In this document: piece after piece, positions 29,366 through 39,085 of the stretch
How positions within the stretch are numbered: position 1 is the stretch's first letter
How the letters are laid out: every line of letters starts with the position of its first letter
Assembly: GCA_964456815.1 (NCBI GenBank)
Contig: CAYWCO010000002.1
Span: 1 to 39,085, forward strand
From: an uncultured Dehalococcoidales bacterium
GTDB lineage: Bacteria; Chloroflexota; Dehalococcoidia; Dehalococcoidales; BS750m-G39
Direction: 5' to 3'
Length of the DNA: 39,085 nucleotides
Made by a program: the position numbers and the translations under genes
The notes under the pieces: model-generated
What the model was told of the DNA's origin: nothing
The model's database searches: none
Seen by the model: only the letters and a program-made list of their open reading frames with translations

Positions 29366-29734
29366 TCACACCACCTCAGGTGCCAGAGACAAGATCTTGG
29401 TAAAATTCATATCCCTCAGCTCCCTGGCTACTGGTCCAAATATTCTTGTCCCTTTAGGATTATTCTTATCGGTTAAAATCACGGCTGCGTTCTCGTCAAA
29501 CCTGATATAGGAACCATCAGGGCGCTGCTGCTGGCGGGCGCAGCGGATAATAACCGCCCTGACCACCTCCCCCTTCTTTACCAGCCCGCGGGGGGTCGCC
29601 TTTTTCACCGATGCCACGATAACGTCGCCGGCTCGGGCGTATCTCCGGCCACTACCGCCTAGGACGTTAATGCACATAAGCTCTTTGGCGCCGGTATTAT
29701 CGGCGGCTTTAACTCTGCTGTAGGATTGAATCAT
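29366..29734 (-). CDS. rplN: 50S ribosomal protein L14
   Basis: [28 protein letters not shown]. Confidence 0.95.
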   Translation of the reverse strand: MIQSYSRVKAADNTGAKELMCINVLGGSGRRYARAGDVIVASVKKATPRGLVKKGEVVRAVIIRCARQQQRPDGSYIRFDENAAVILTDKNNPKGTRIFGPVARELRDMNFTKILSLAPEVV

Positions 29735-30102
29735 GTTATTTTCTCCGGTTCGACCTCAGCCTTAACCTCGGTTACTTCTTCCTTGGCTTTTTTCTCCGGT
29801 TTGACCTTGGCTAACTCTTCCCGGGTTATTTCCTCGGGCGAAATCTCCACCACCTCTCCCTTGGTTACTATCTCAGCTACCCGCCACCGCTTGTCTCTGG
29901 AGAGGGGGCGGGTCTCTATAATTCTTACCTTGTCCCCCTTCTTGCACTTATTTTCCTCGTCATGGGCTTTATACTTGACCACCCTCCTGACGGTCTTCTT
30001 ATATATGGGGTGGCGCTTGGGAGTTTCCACCGCCACCACCACTGTCTTATTCATCTTGTCACTTACAACGAGACCGAGCCTAGTTTTTCGCTTTGTTTCC
30101 AT
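29731..30102 (-). CDS. rpsQ: 30S ribosomal protein S17 with ~38-aa Lys/Glu-rich C-terminal extension
   Basis: [17 protein letters not shown]...HPIYKK...[13 protein letters not shown], followed by [38 protein letters not shown]. Confidence 0.9.
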   Translation of the reverse strand: METKRKTRLGLVVSDKMNKTVVVAVETPKRHPIYKKTVRRVVKYKAHDEENKCKKGDKVRIIETRPLSRDKRWRVAEIVTKGEVVEISPEEITREELAKVKPEKKAKEEVTEVKAEVEPEKIT

Positions 30103-30106
30103 AGTG

Positions 30107-30304
30107 CTACCTTGTCGCCAGTTCTTTTTCCCTTATTATTGTCTTGAGCTGGGCAATCCTCTTTCTAACCCTGGGGAGCTCACGATGGTTTACCAGTTGC
30201 TTGGTTTCCAACCGGAAGCGAAGGTTAAACAGCTCCTGGTGAGCCTCCTCCAGTTGCTTCTTAAGTTCTTCAGTGGTGAGGGCCCTAATCTCTTCAACCT
30301 TCAC
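30107..30304 (-). CDS. rpmC: 50S ribosomal protein L29
   Basis: [25 protein letters not shown]. Confidence 0.9.
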   Translation of the reverse strand: MKVEEIRALTTEELKKQLEEAHQELFNLRFRLETKQLVNHRELPRVRKRIAQLKTIIREKELATR

Positions 30305-30323
30305 TTAGCTAACTCTCACTTTC

Positions 30324-30755
30324 TTATTCGGTACCAACGGCTACGGCGGTTTCCCGGGCGACAAATCTGCTTTTTATGGGCAGCTTATGCGACGCCAGGC
30401 GCATTGCCTCTTTGGCTACCGGCTCACTGACTCCCCCCATTTCAAACAGGATTCTCCCCGGCTTGACCACAGCCACCCAGTGGTCTGGGGCACCCTTGCC
30501 CCCACCTTGGCGGGTTTCCGCTGGCTTCTTGGTCGCCGGCTTATCGGGGAAGACGCGGACCCAGACATTGCCACCACGGCGGATATGGTGGGTGATGGCA
30601 CGGCGTGCCGCTTCAATCTGCTGGCTGGTAACCCAGGCCGGTTCCAGCGCCTTCAAGCCAAAATCGCCAAATTCAATCTTGCTGCCGGTGCTGGCTTTAC
30701 TCTTCATCCGGCCCCGGTGGCTCTTGCGATATTTTACTCGCTTCGGCTGTAACAT
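30324..30755 (-). CDS. rplP: 50S ribosomal protein L16
   Basis: [17 protein letters not shown]...[10 protein letters not shown]. Confidence 0.95.
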   Translation of the reverse strand: MLQPKRVKYRKSHRGRMKSKASTGSKIEFGDFGLKALEPAWVTSQQIEAARRAITHHIRRGGNVWVRVFPDKPATKKPAETRQGGGKGAPDHWVAVVKPGRILFEMGGVSEPVAKEAMRLASHKLPIKSRFVARETAVAVGTE

Positions 30756-30768
30756 CTTTTTCCTCTAG

Positions 30769-31452
30769 CTATGACTCAGCCGGAGTCTCCTCGGTAGTCT
30801 CCTCGGTAGTCTCCAGCTTAGTTACCTCGGGCAGAATATCACCCCGGTAGACCCAGACCTTCACCCCGATCCGGCCCAGGGTGGTGTGCGCCTCGGTAAA
30901 GCCATAATCAATATCAGCCCGCAGCGTATGCAGCGGCACCCGCCCCTGATGCGTAATCTCGCGGCGAGCTATCTCAGTACCACCAAGTCTGCCGGCACAG
31001 CTTATTCTTATTCCCTTAGCCCCGGCCTGGGTGGTGCGGAATATTGCTTGTTTCATTGCCCTGCGGAAGGCAACACGATGCTCAATCTGCTCAGCTATTG
31101 CCCTGGCTACCAGATAGGCGTCAAGTTCGGGCTGCTGAACCTCAAGGATATTAAGTTGAATCCTCTTTCCAATAAGTCCCTCAAGCTGGAGCCTCAGTTC
31201 GTCAACCCGCTGTCCTCCCCGCCCGATGACCACGCCGGGGCGGGCGGTATGAATGGTTACCGACACCTTATTTGCCTGGCGCTCAATCTCCACGTCAGAG
31301 ATGGCGGCTTCAGGGCCTATGGACTCAATAGCCTGGCGAAGCTTCAGGTCTTCGTGTAAAAATGCAGAGTAGTTCTTCTCCGCATACCACTTGGCCTGCC
31401 AATCGCGTATGACTCCAATTCTAAAGCCAAAGGGATGAACCTTGTGACCCAA
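30769..31452 (-). CDS. rpsC: 30S ribosomal protein S3
   Basis: [24 protein letters not shown] plus KH-domain motifs. The tail is [17 protein letters not shown]. Confidence 0.95.
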   Translation of the reverse strand: MGHKVHPFGFRIGVIRDWQAKWYAEKNYSAFLHEDLKLRQAIESIGPEAAISDVEIERQANKVSVTIHTARPGVVIGRGGQRVDELRLQLEGLIGKRIQLNILEVQQPELDAYLVARAIAEQIEHRVAFRRAMKQAIFRTTQAGAKGIRISCAGRLGGTEIARREITHQGRVPLHTLRADIDYGFTEAHTTLGRIGVKVWVYRGDILPEVTKLETTEETTEETPAES

Positions 31453-31791
31453 TTACTGTTCCTCCTCAGCAACGATAACTGTTATATGGCTGGAACGCTT
31501 AAGGATGGGGTTTACCCGCCCCCGCGTCCCCGGGCGATACCGCTTCAGGGTTCTCGCCTCATCGGCAAATATTTTGACAATCTTCAAATCAGCAGGGGTG
31601 AGCTGAGCATTATTCTCGGCGTTAGCCGCCGCTGATTTCACCACCTTAGCCACAGCCCTAGCCGTGGGGGTAGGGGTAAACTTGAGCAGGTCCAGCGCCT
31701 CGTCTATCCTCATCCCCTGCACCAGCTCTATCACCGGGCGCACCTTGCGTGGTGATATGCCGATATTTTTAGCTACTGCCTTCACTTCCAT
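31453..31791 (-). CDS. rplV: 50S ribosomal protein L22
   Basis: ISPRKVRPVIELVQGMRIDEALDLLKF. Confidence 0.95.
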   Translation of the reverse strand: MEVKAVAKNIGISPRKVRPVIELVQGMRIDEALDLLKFTPTPTARAVAKVVKSAAANAENNAQLTPADLKIVKIFADEARTLKRYRPGTRGRVNPILKRSSHITVIVAEEEQ

Positions 31792-31810
31792 TTTTGTCTT
31801 ATTTCCTCAC

Positions 31811-32086
31811 CTAGGTGGTTTTATCAGCCCTGGTCATGTGTCCCCTGAAGGTTCGCGTCGAGGCGAACTCGCCGAGCTTGTGCCCGACCATATTTTCGGT
31901 GATATAAATGGGCACGTGCCTTCTGCCATCATGGACGCCGATGGTAAAACCCACCATCTCGGGCACGATGGTAGACCAGCGCGACCAGGTCTTGATTACC
32001 GTCTTCTCGCCAGAGCGGCTCATCGCCTCAACCTTCTTCAGTAGTTTGGCGTCAACGGCTGGACCCTTCTTAATTGACCGTGACAT
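31811..32086 (-). CDS. rpsS: 30S ribosomal protein S19
   Basis: [12 protein letters not shown]...[26 protein letters not shown]. Confidence 0.95.
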   Translation of the reverse strand: MSRSIKKGPAVDAKLLKKVEAMSRSGEKTVIKTWSRWSTIVPEMVGFTIGVHDGRRHVPIYITENMVGHKLGEFASTRTFRGHMTRADKTT

Positions 32087-32090
32087 GATA

Positions 32091-32918
32091 TTACTTCCCT
32101 CTCCGTTTTATAATCAGCCTATCTGAAGCCTTGGGCTTGCGCGTCTTATAGCCCAAGGCTGGCTTACCCCAGGGTGTCTTCGGTCCGGGCAGGCCTATCG
32201 GGGATCTACCCTCACCACCACCATGAGGATGGTCGCGGGGGGTCATCGCCGTGCCCCTAACCGTGGGGCGCAGGCCCAACCACCGTTTGCGGCCTGCCTT
32301 GCCCAGGCTGATACTGCGGTGGTCGACATTTCCCACCTGCCCGATGGTAGCCAGGCAATCACCTCGGATACGCCGCAATTCGCCGGAGGGCAGCCTGACC
32401 AGGGCATATTCACCCTCCTTAGCCATCAGTTGGGCAGCGGCTCCGGCACTTCGCACCAGTTGCCCGCCTCCCCCTGTCTCCAGCTCAATATTGTGTATTA
32501 GCGTCCCGGTTGGTATTAGCTTTAGGGGCAGGGCATTGCCCGGTTTAACCTCGGCGTCACCACCAGACTTTATAACATTGTTAACTTCAAGTCCAGAGGG
32601 AGCCAGAATATAGCGCTTCTCCCCGTCGGCGTAGTTAATCAGGGCAATACGGGCGGAGCGGTTGGGGTCGTATTCAATTGAGACCACCCTGCCCGGAATG
32701 CTAGGCTTATCGCGCTTGAAGTCCAGCACGCGTAGCCGGCGTTTGGCTCCGCCGCCGCGGTGACGAACCGTTATCTTCCCCTGATTACTGCGCCCCGCCT
32801 TCTTCTTCAGGGGTCGGAGCAGCGATTTCTCCGGCTTGCTCTTGGTTATTTCCTCAAAGTTAGCGCCGGTCATACCCCGTCTACCGGGGGAGGTGGGGCG
32901 ATATACCTTTAGTGCCAC
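32091..32918 (-). CDS. rplB: 50S ribosomal protein L2
   Basis: [15 protein letters not shown]...[17 protein letters not shown]. Confidence 0.95.
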   Translation of the reverse strand: MALKVYRPTSPGRRGMTGANFEEITKSKPEKSLLRPLKKKAGRSNQGKITVRHRGGGAKRRLRVLDFKRDKPSIPGRVVSIEYDPNRSARIALINYADGEKRYILAPSGLEVNNVIKSGGDAEVKPGNALPLKLIPTGTLIHNIELETGGGGQLVRSAGAAAQLMAKEGEYALVRLPSGELRRIRGDCLATIGQVGNVDHRSISLGKAGRKRWLGLRPTVRGTAMTPRDHPHGGGEGRSPIGLPGPKTPWGKPALGYKTRKPKASDRLIIKRRGK

Positions 32919-33203
32919 TTAGACCCCCTCCACAATTTCTATCTTGTCTCCTGGTTTAAGGGTAACAACTGCCTTCTTCCACGGTGAGCTTATGACCATT
33001 CTTCCCCGCATCCTCCGCCCCTTACCGGGCACTGTTATCACATTAACCTTTGTTACCGTAACCTTAAACGCCTTCTCTACCGCTTGCTTAACCTGTTCTT
33101 TATTCGCCTCTCCAGCGACCTCAAAGGCATATTTGCCCTGGACCTGGAGGGCGGCATTCTTCTCCGTTACCAGCGGGCGGCGCAATACCTCATACAGGTG
33201 CAT
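32919..33203 (-). CDS. rplW: 50S ribosomal protein L23
   Basis: VLRRPLVTEKN...KYAFEV...KAFKVTVTKVNV. Confidence 0.9.
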   Translation of the reverse strand: MHLYEVLRRPLVTEKNAALQVQGKYAFEVAGEANKEQVKQAVEKAFKVTVTKVNVITVPGKGRRMRGRMVISSPWKKAVVTLKPGDKIEIVEGV

Positions 33204-33867
33204 TGCTCTCTCCCCGTACCTTTACCCCAGAAATCGGAGATTTCTGGGGGTCCCATAATTCCTCTGCCTTGCGTACCGCAGCCTCGGTCATCAATAACCT
33301 CTTGTGGGAGAGGATGTCAACCACATTGAGTATATTGGCGGGCATGGTCTTGACCTCTGCCAGGTTGCGAGCTGACTTAACTATGTTTTCCTCCGGCTCA
33401 CCGGTGACGATAAGGGCTGAGGAATCCACCCCCAGCGCCGTCAAAATCCCTGCCATCTCCTTGGTCTTGGGACGGGCAAGCTCCAGCTTCTCCAGGACCA
33501 TTAGCTCCTCATCCCTTGCCTTAGCTGATAGGGTGCACCTTAGTGCCAGGCGCCTCATCTTCTTCGGCATTTCCTGGCGGTAGCTCCTCGGCTTGGGGCC
33601 AAAGGTGATGCCGCCGCCCCTACGTAGTGGCGACTTCTTGCTGCCCGCCCGTGCGAAGCCGGTATGCTTCTGCCGGAATAGCTTTCTACTGCTGCCGGCG
33701 ACCTCACCGCGAGTTTTGGTGCTGGCTGTTCCCTGGCGGGCATTTGCCCCTTGCCTTACCACGGCTTGATGTACCACTGTCTGATTAAAGGGCACGCCAA
33801 AGACGCTGTCGCTTACTTCAATTTTTTTAACCACCTCGCCGCTAAGGCTATAAACTGGGAGCTGCAC
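33190..33867 (-). CDS. rplD: 50S ribosomal protein L4
   Basis: QGTASTKTRGEVAGSSRKLFRQKHTGFARAGS. The gene overlaps rplW by 14 nt. Confidence 0.9.
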   Translation of the reverse strand: MQLPVYSLSGEVVKKIEVSDSVFGVPFNQTVVHQAVVRQGANARQGTASTKTRGEVAGSSRKLFRQKHTGFARAGSKKSPLRRGGGITFGPKPRSYRQEMPKKMRRLALRCTLSAKARDEELMVLEKLELARPKTKEMAGILTALGVDSSALIVTGEPEENIVKSARNLAEVKTMPANILNVVDILSHKRLLMTEAAVRKAEELWDPQKSPISGVKVRGESNAPV

Positions 33868-34455
33868 TTACTTCCTCCCCACCGCTTTCTTTATCAGTAA
33901 TAGGCCGTTCCTTGCCCCGGGGACAGCCCCCTTAATCAGCAAAAGGTTACGAGCCGGGTCAGCCTTACGTACCTCCAGATTGCGAGCCGTAACCCGACTA
34001 TTGCCCATATGTCCTGCCATCCGCATCCCCTTGAGCACCCTGCCCGGTGAGGTAGTTGAGCCGATGGAGCCGGGGGCGCGGTGGCGGTCGGACTGTCCGT
34101 GGGTCTTTGGCCCGCCGGCAAAATGGTGGCGTTTCACCACCCCGGCAAAGCCCTTACCCTTTGACACCCCGCTAATATCAACCAGGTCGCCCTCCTTAAA
34201 GAGGCTAACGTCAACCTTATCTCCAACTTTAACCGCTTCACTGTCGGCTACCCTGAATTCCCGCAGGTACTTGGGCCGCCCCTTCTTGGCTTCACCAAGT
34301 CCGAGCCGGGCGGCGTCATATCCATCCTTAGCCCTGGTTTTGAGCTGGGTTACAATGCACGGGCCAGCCTCAATGGCGGTGACTGCCTCAACCTCGCCAT
34401 CTTCTCTGAAGAGCCGCTCCATGCCCAACTTTTTACCAATAATCCCTTGAACCAT
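33868..34455 (-). CDS. rplC: 50S ribosomal protein L3
   Basis: [13 protein letters not shown]...[35 protein letters not shown]. Confidence 0.95.
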   Translation of the reverse strand: MVQGIIGKKLGMERLFREDGEVEAVTAIEAGPCIVTQLKTRAKDGYDAARLGLGEAKKGRPKYLREFRVADSEAVKVGDKVDVSLFKEGDLVDISGVSKGKGFAGVVKRHHFAGGPKTHGQSDRHRAPGSIGSTTSPGRVLKGMRMAGHMGNSRVTARNLEVRKADPARNLLLIKGAVPGARNGLLLIKKAVGRK

Positions 34456-34466
34456 ATCCTTAAACC

Positions 34467-34775
34467 TTATAGCTTAATGTCTATTTCAACCCCTGCCGGT
34501 AGATTCAGGCTGCCCAGGGCGTCTATCGTCTTGGACGTACTCTCAACAATATCAATCAGGCGCTTATGGGTTCTAATCTCAAACTGCTCCTGCGAGTCCT
34601 TGTCAATAAAGGGGGAGCGGATGACGCTGAACCTCTTAATGCGGGTGGGTAGGGGCACCGGCCCGATAACAACCGCCCCCGTCCGCTCCACCGCAGCTAC
34701 AATCTGCTCTGCCGACTGGTCCAGAATCTTGTGGTCGTAGCCCTTTAGCTTAATCCTAATTTTCTGCTTCGGCAT
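34467..34775 (-). CDS. rpsJ: 30S ribosomal protein S10
   Basis: [22 protein letters not shown]...[14 protein letters not shown]. Confidence 0.95.
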   Translation of the reverse strand: MPKQKIRIKLKGYDHKILDQSAEQIVAAVERTGAVVIGPVPLPTRIKRFSVIRSPFIDKDSQEQFEIRTHKRLIDIVESTSKTIDALGSLNLPAGVEIDIKL

Positions 34776-34784
34776 ATAGAACCT

Positions 34785-36863
34785 CTATCTAACCTTGGTC
34801 TTACCCGTTATCTCATCTGCCAGCTCGGCAGAAACCTCCTGATAGCGATAAAATTCCAGGGTATGGGTTGCCCTGCCCTGGGTTAGCGATCTGAGACTGG
34901 TTGCGTAGCCGAAGGTCTCGGCTAAGGGTATAAGGGCACGAATAACAACCATCTCGTGGCGTGTCCCCACAGATTCAACATGTCCCCGCCTTGAATTCAG
35001 GTCACCCATTATATCACCAAGAAACTGCTCTGGTGCAACTATTTCCAGCTTCATAATCGGCTCAAGCAGTATTGGCTTGGCTTTCATCACGCCGTCCCGT
35101 AGCGCCATTGAGGCTGCCATCTTGAACGCCATCTCCGAAGAGTCAACCTCGTGGTAGCCGCCGTCATAGACGGTTGCCCTGATGTCAACTACGGGATAGC
35201 CAGCCACCACGCCGGTCTCCATAGCCTCCTTGACGCCCATCTCTATCGCTGGTATATACTCCTTGGGGATAGCCGCCCCTTTAATGCGGTCGGCAAATTC
35301 AAAGCCGCTGCCCCGCTCCCTAGGCTCAAGCCGGAGCCAGACATGGCCGTACTGCCCCCGCCCGCCGCTCTGGCGGATAAACCTCCCCTCCACCGTTACC
35401 GGTGTGGTAATGCTCTCCTTATAGGCGACCCTGGGCTTCCCCACCTTTGCCCCGACGCCAAATTCAGTGAACAGTCTGTCTATCAGATACTCCAGGTGAA
35501 GCTCGCCCATACCCGAGATAATTGTCTGCCCCCCCTCCTGGTCGTAGTTTACCTTGAAGGTGGGGTCTTCCTCGGTCAGGCGTTGCAGGGCTAACCCCAG
35601 CCTGTCCTGGTCAGCCCTGGTTGTGGGCTCAACGGCAACCGAGAGCACCGGCTCGGGGAAGCGGATTGGTTCCAGAAGCACCGGCTGGGAGTAATGGCAC
35701 AGGGTATCGCCGGTGAAGGTATTCTTGAGACCTAAGGTAGCAACGATATCACCGGTATCAGCCCTGGTTATCTCCTCACGATGGTTGGCGTGCATTCGCA
35801 GCAGGCGTCCGATGCGCTCTCTCTTGCCCCGCGTTGCGTTAAGTACCTGCGCTCCCACCTTAACCTTGCCCGAATACACTCTAAAATAGACCAGTCTGCC
35901 GACGAAGGGGTCGGGAACCGCCTTAAACGCCAGCGCGGAGAAGGGGGCGTCGTCTTTCGGTGGCCGGGTGACTTCGCCGCCTTTCCTGGTATCAATGGCC
36001 CTTACCGGCGGCATATCCGCCGGCGAGGGAAGGTAGCTGACGATGGCATCAAGTAGTGGCTGAATTCCCTTGTTCTTGAGGGCGCTGCCACAAAGAATGG
36101 GTACCCCTTTTGCCGCCAGGGTTACCCTTCTCACGGCTTGCCTTAAATCGGATGGGCTAATACTGTCGCCCCCAAGATAATCCGCTATAACCTGGTCATC
36201 AGTCTCAGCCAGTCTCTCAATCAGGAGCTGGCGAAACTGCTCACACCTTTCCCTCTCCGATTCAGGAATGGGCGCCTCAACCGGCGGTAACGTGGGGTCG
36301 GCATCAAAATGCCATGCCTTGTTCTCCACGAGGTCAATAACGCCCACGAACGATTCTTCGCTGCCCAAAGGCAGCTGCACGGGGAGGGGATTGGCGCGTA
36401 GCTGGTCTTTAATCATGGACAGGGTGCGCTCAAAGTTGGCGCCAATTCGGTCCATCTTATTGATGAAGCAGATTCGGGATACATTGTATCTATCCGCCTG
36501 CCGCCATACCGTCTCCGATTGGGCCTCAACCCCGGCCACAGCGTCAAAGACCACCACCCCTCCATCCAGCACTCTAAGGCTTCGCTCTACCTCGGCGGTA
36601 AAATCAACATGCCCCGGGGTATCAATAATGTTAATGCGGTGTTCCTGCCAGTAGCAGGTGGTAGCGGCAGCGGTGATGGTAATGCCACGCCTCTTCTCCT
36701 CGTCCATCCAGTCCATCACCGCCGTACCTTCGTCCACCTCACCAATCTTATAGGTACGGCCGGTATAATAGAGGACTCTTTCGGTAGTGGTGGTCTTACC
36801 GGCGTCAATATGGGCGATAATAGCAATATTACGTATGTGTTCTAATGGGAAACTCCTGGGCAC
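34785..36863 (-). CDS. fusA: elongation factor G
   Basis: [26 protein letters not shown] and DTPGHVDF. I place the start at GTG 36863 (VPRSFPLEH...), with GGAGG overlapping the rpsG stop. The track ORF's extra 23 codons would overlap rpsG. Confidence 0.9.
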   Translation of the reverse strand: MPRSFPLEHIRNIAIIAHIDAGKTTTTERVLYYTGRTYKIGEVDEGTAVMDWMDEEKRRGITITAAATTCYWQEHRINIIDTPGHVDFTAEVERSLRVLDGGVVVFDAVAGVEAQSETVWRQADRYNVSRICFINKMDRIGANFERTLSMIKDQLRANPLPVQLPLGSEESFVGVIDLVENKAWHFDADPTLPPVEAPIPESERERCEQFRQLLIERLAETDDQVIADYLGGDSISPSDLRQAVRRVTLAAKGVPILCGSALKNKGIQPLLDAIVSYLPSPADMPPVRAIDTRKGGEVTRPPKDDAPFSALAFKAVPDPFVGRLVYFRVYSGKVKVGAQVLNATRGKRERIGRLLRMHANHREEITRADTGDIVATLGLKNTFTGDTLCHYSQPVLLEPIRFPEPVLSVAVEPTTRADQDRLGLALQRLTEEDPTFKVNYDQEGGQTIISGMGELHLEYLIDRLFTEFGVGAKVGKPRVAYKESITTPVTVEGRFIRQSGGRGQYGHVWLRLEPRERGSGFEFADRIKGAAIPKEYIPAIEMGVKEAMETGVVAGYPVVDIRATVYDGGYHEVDSSEMAFKMAASMALRDGVMKAKPILLEPIMKLEIVAPEQFLGDIMGDLNSRRGHVESVGTRHEMVVIRALIPLAETFGYATSLRSLTQGRATHTLEFYRYQEVSAELADEITGKTKVR

Positions 36864-36873
36864 AGTCCCCTCC

Positions 36874-37344
36874 TCACCATCGGTAGTGGGCGAAGGCTCT
36901 GTTAGCCTCAGCCATCTTGTGAGTGTCCTCACGCTTCTTTATTGTTGTCCCCTGTCCTTGGAAGGCATCACTAAGTTCCGCCGCCAGCTTTTCCGCCATG
37001 GATTTACCCCCCCTGGCCCGGGCTGATGCTACCAGCCAGCGCAGAGCCAGAGACCGCCCCCGCGTTGGTCTAACCTCTATTGGTACCTGATAGGTGGCGC
37101 CCCCAACGCGGCGCGGCTTGACCTCAAGCTGGGGGGTGACCTTCCTCACAGCCTGTTCCAAGAAACTAGCCGGCTCCTTTGCCCCTTGCTGTTCAATCAT
37201 GTCAAGGGCACCATAGACTATCCTCTCCGCCAGGCTCTTCTTGCCCCCTGCCATTATCTTGTTAATCAAGCCGGCTATGATTTCACTGTCATATTTGGCG
37301 TCAGTTGGTATCTGTCTTGTTGTTGCACGAGCTCGTCTTGGCAT
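36874..37344 (-). CDS. rpsG: 30S ribosomal protein S7
   Basis: [18 protein letters not shown]...ends NRAFAHYRW. Confidence 0.95.
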   Translation of the reverse strand: MPRRARATTRQIPTDAKYDSEIIAGLINKIMAGGKKSLAERIVYGALDMIEQQGAKEPASFLEQAVRKVTPQLEVKPRRVGGATYQVPIEVRPTRGRSLALRWLVASARARGGKSMAEKLAAELSDAFQGQGTTIKKREDTHKMAEANRAFAHYRW

Positions 37345-37353
37345 TTTTATCTC

Positions 37354-37860
37354 TTATGTTTCGGTTTCGGTTTTTTCAGTAGCCTCAGCTTCTGGAGCCG
37401 CCTCAGCCGCCGGAGCTGCTTCACCTATCGGGGCAGCCCCAATGGGCTGGGCAGTTCGTTTACTTCCGTACTTACTTCGCCCCTGGCGGCGGTTGGCAAC
37501 CCCGGTGGTATCCAGTGCCCCGCGGATGATGTGGTAGCGGACGCCGGGTAAATCCTTTACCCTTCCGCCGCGAATCAAGACCACCGAGTGTTCCTGAAGC
37601 TCATGCCCCTCACCGGGGATATAAGCGGTTACCTCTATGCCACTGGTCAGCCTCACCCTGGCTATCTTGCGCAGTGCCGAATTAGGCTTCTTGGGGGTGG
37701 TAGTCTTAACTTGGACACAGACCCCCCTCTTCTGCGGGGAGCTCTTCCCCGGCACAAGCCTGTTCTTAAGCGCATTGTAGCTAAGGTGCAGTGCTGGTGC
37801 TTTGGTCTTCTTTAGCACCTGCTTGCGCCCTTTCCGTATAAGCTGGTTAACCGTAGGCAC
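37354..37860 (-). CDS. rpsL: 30S ribosomal protein S12 with ~35-aa Ala/Pro/Glu-rich C-terminal extension
   Basis: GTG at 37860 ([13 protein letters not shown]...) has AAGGAGG 5 nt upstream. The core ends ...RSKYGSKR, followed by [33 protein letters not shown]. Confidence 0.9.
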   Translation of the reverse strand: MPTVNQLIRKGRKQVLKKTKAPALHLSYNALKNRLVPGKSSPQKRGVCVQVKTTTPKKPNSALRKIARVRLTSGIEVTAYIPGEGHELQEHSVVLIRGGRVKDLPGVRYHIIRGALDTTGVANRRQGRSKYGSKRTAQPIGAAPIGEAAPAAEAAPEAEATEKTETET

Positions 37861-37885
37861 TTCTTCCTCCTTGCCCACACAACTA

Positions 37886-37913
37886 TAATGGATGAGCTAT
37901 AGCTCATCCATTA
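37886..37913 (-). promoter_or_regulatory. perfect 28-bp palindrome (14+14) in the rpsL 5' leader
   Basis: taatggatgagcta|tagctcatccatta. It lies between the predicted rpsL promoter and the SD, ~25 nt upstream of the start codon. Confidence 0.6.
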
Positions 37914-37968
37914 AAAGCTGACTTTCAATCCTTAGCCGTCAGCCGAAACTGCTGAGCGTTAGGGTGTA

Positions 37969-37997
37969 ATATTATCACACTAATAGCTATATGTCAA
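37969..37997 (-). promoter_or_regulatory. sigma70-like promoter of the rpsL-led ribosomal cluster
   Basis: On the minus strand: TTGACA (37992-37997), 17-nt spacer, TAATAT (37969-37974), with a TGn extended -10. Confidence 0.55.
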
Positions 37998-38018
37998 CAA
38001 ATCTGGTATAAATTATGC

Positions 38019-38047
38019 TTGACAAAGCTTTTGCCTTGTGTTAGTAT
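38019..38047 (+). promoter_or_regulatory. sigma70-like promoter of the stand-alone 23S rRNA gene
   Basis: TTGACA (38019-38024), 17-nt spacer, TAGTAT (38042-38047), with a TGn extended -10. It lies ~145 nt upstream of the 23S 5' end. Confidence 0.55.
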
Positions 38048-38104
38048 TTGGACGATGACAAGCTTGGAGACGTGAGTAGGGAAGTTGGTGATCGTAAGCC
38101 AAGC

Positions 38105-38133
38105 AGCGGCTTGGTGAATTTCACCAAGCCGCT
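38105..38133 (+). promoter_or_regulatory. boxB-like leader hairpin
   Basis: AGCGGCTTGGTG-aattt-CACCAAGCCGCT forms a 12-bp perfect stem, followed by ATTTTAT. It lies just 5' of the boxA-like element, in the same boxB-then-boxA order as rrn leaders. Confidence 0.4.
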
Positions 38134-38145
38134 ATTTTATGTCCA

Positions 38146-38157
38146 GCACATTAACAA
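38146..38157 (+). promoter_or_regulatory. boxA-like antitermination element
   Basis: GCACATTAACAATT versus E. coli rrn boxA GCTCTTTAACAATT. The 9-nt core TTAACAATT is identical (E. coli sequence recalled from memory). Confidence 0.5.
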
Positions 38158-38191
38158 TTGAATACTGAGGGCTAATATCAAATCTGAAGCA

Positions 38192-39085
<894 letters not shown>

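Noticed and set aside
36864-36932. N-terminal extensions given by the ORF track: fusA (23 codons), rpsD (13 codons, 21705-21743), infA (21 codons, 23059-23121), rpsL (6 codons) and the big island ORF (5 codons).
   Set aside because: The extensions overlap the upstream gene or lack an SD. Internal starts give canonical N-termini with GGAGG-type SDs.

Overview
Bacterial chromosomal window. Three traits suggest a Chloroflexota/Dehalococcoidia-like genome: no tuf between fusA and rpsJ, a 23S rRNA gene with no 16S upstream, and an NrpR-type regulator. This taxonomy is inference only. (1) nt 1-7324, + strand: a nitrogen/2-oxoglutarate-flavoured cluster. It holds a 5'-truncated PEP/pyruvate-binding (PPDK_N) protein translationally coupled to a Cys-rich GltB-like FMN protein. 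A consensus-like promoter follows, driving an archaeal-type NrpR-like regulator coupled to a stand-alone hisF, then glutamate dehydrogenase. (2) nt 7343-17839: a ~10.45 kb genomic island in the 3' half of tRNA-Val(TAC), bounded by a perfect 46-bp direct repeat, AT-richer than its flanks, with only an N-terminal integrase fragment left. Its cargo is a divergent GT4-like glycosyltransferase, a 1226-aa fusion (GT-A glycosyltransferase, ~550 aa of unknown region, GH130 phosphorylase-like domain), a P2-type cation ATPase and an AhpD/CMD-family protein. The two glycosyl-enzyme genes are the best candidate for an undescribed system. (3) nt 17792-18048, - strand: a tRNA-Leu/Arg/Val operon with its own promoter. 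(4) nt 18143-37860, - strand: one uninterrupted ~19.7 kb translation-gene cluster (rpsL-rpsG-fusA, S10, spc, alpha, truA-rplM-rpsI). It carries an extra 47-aa membrane-protein ORF between rpsM and rpsK. (5) nt 37.9-39.1 kb: back-to-back consensus-like promoters for rpsL and for a stand-alone 23S rRNA gene with a boxB/boxA-like leader. I saw no CRISPR array, IS element or transposase. Every family assignment comes from motif recognition by eye, with no database search.
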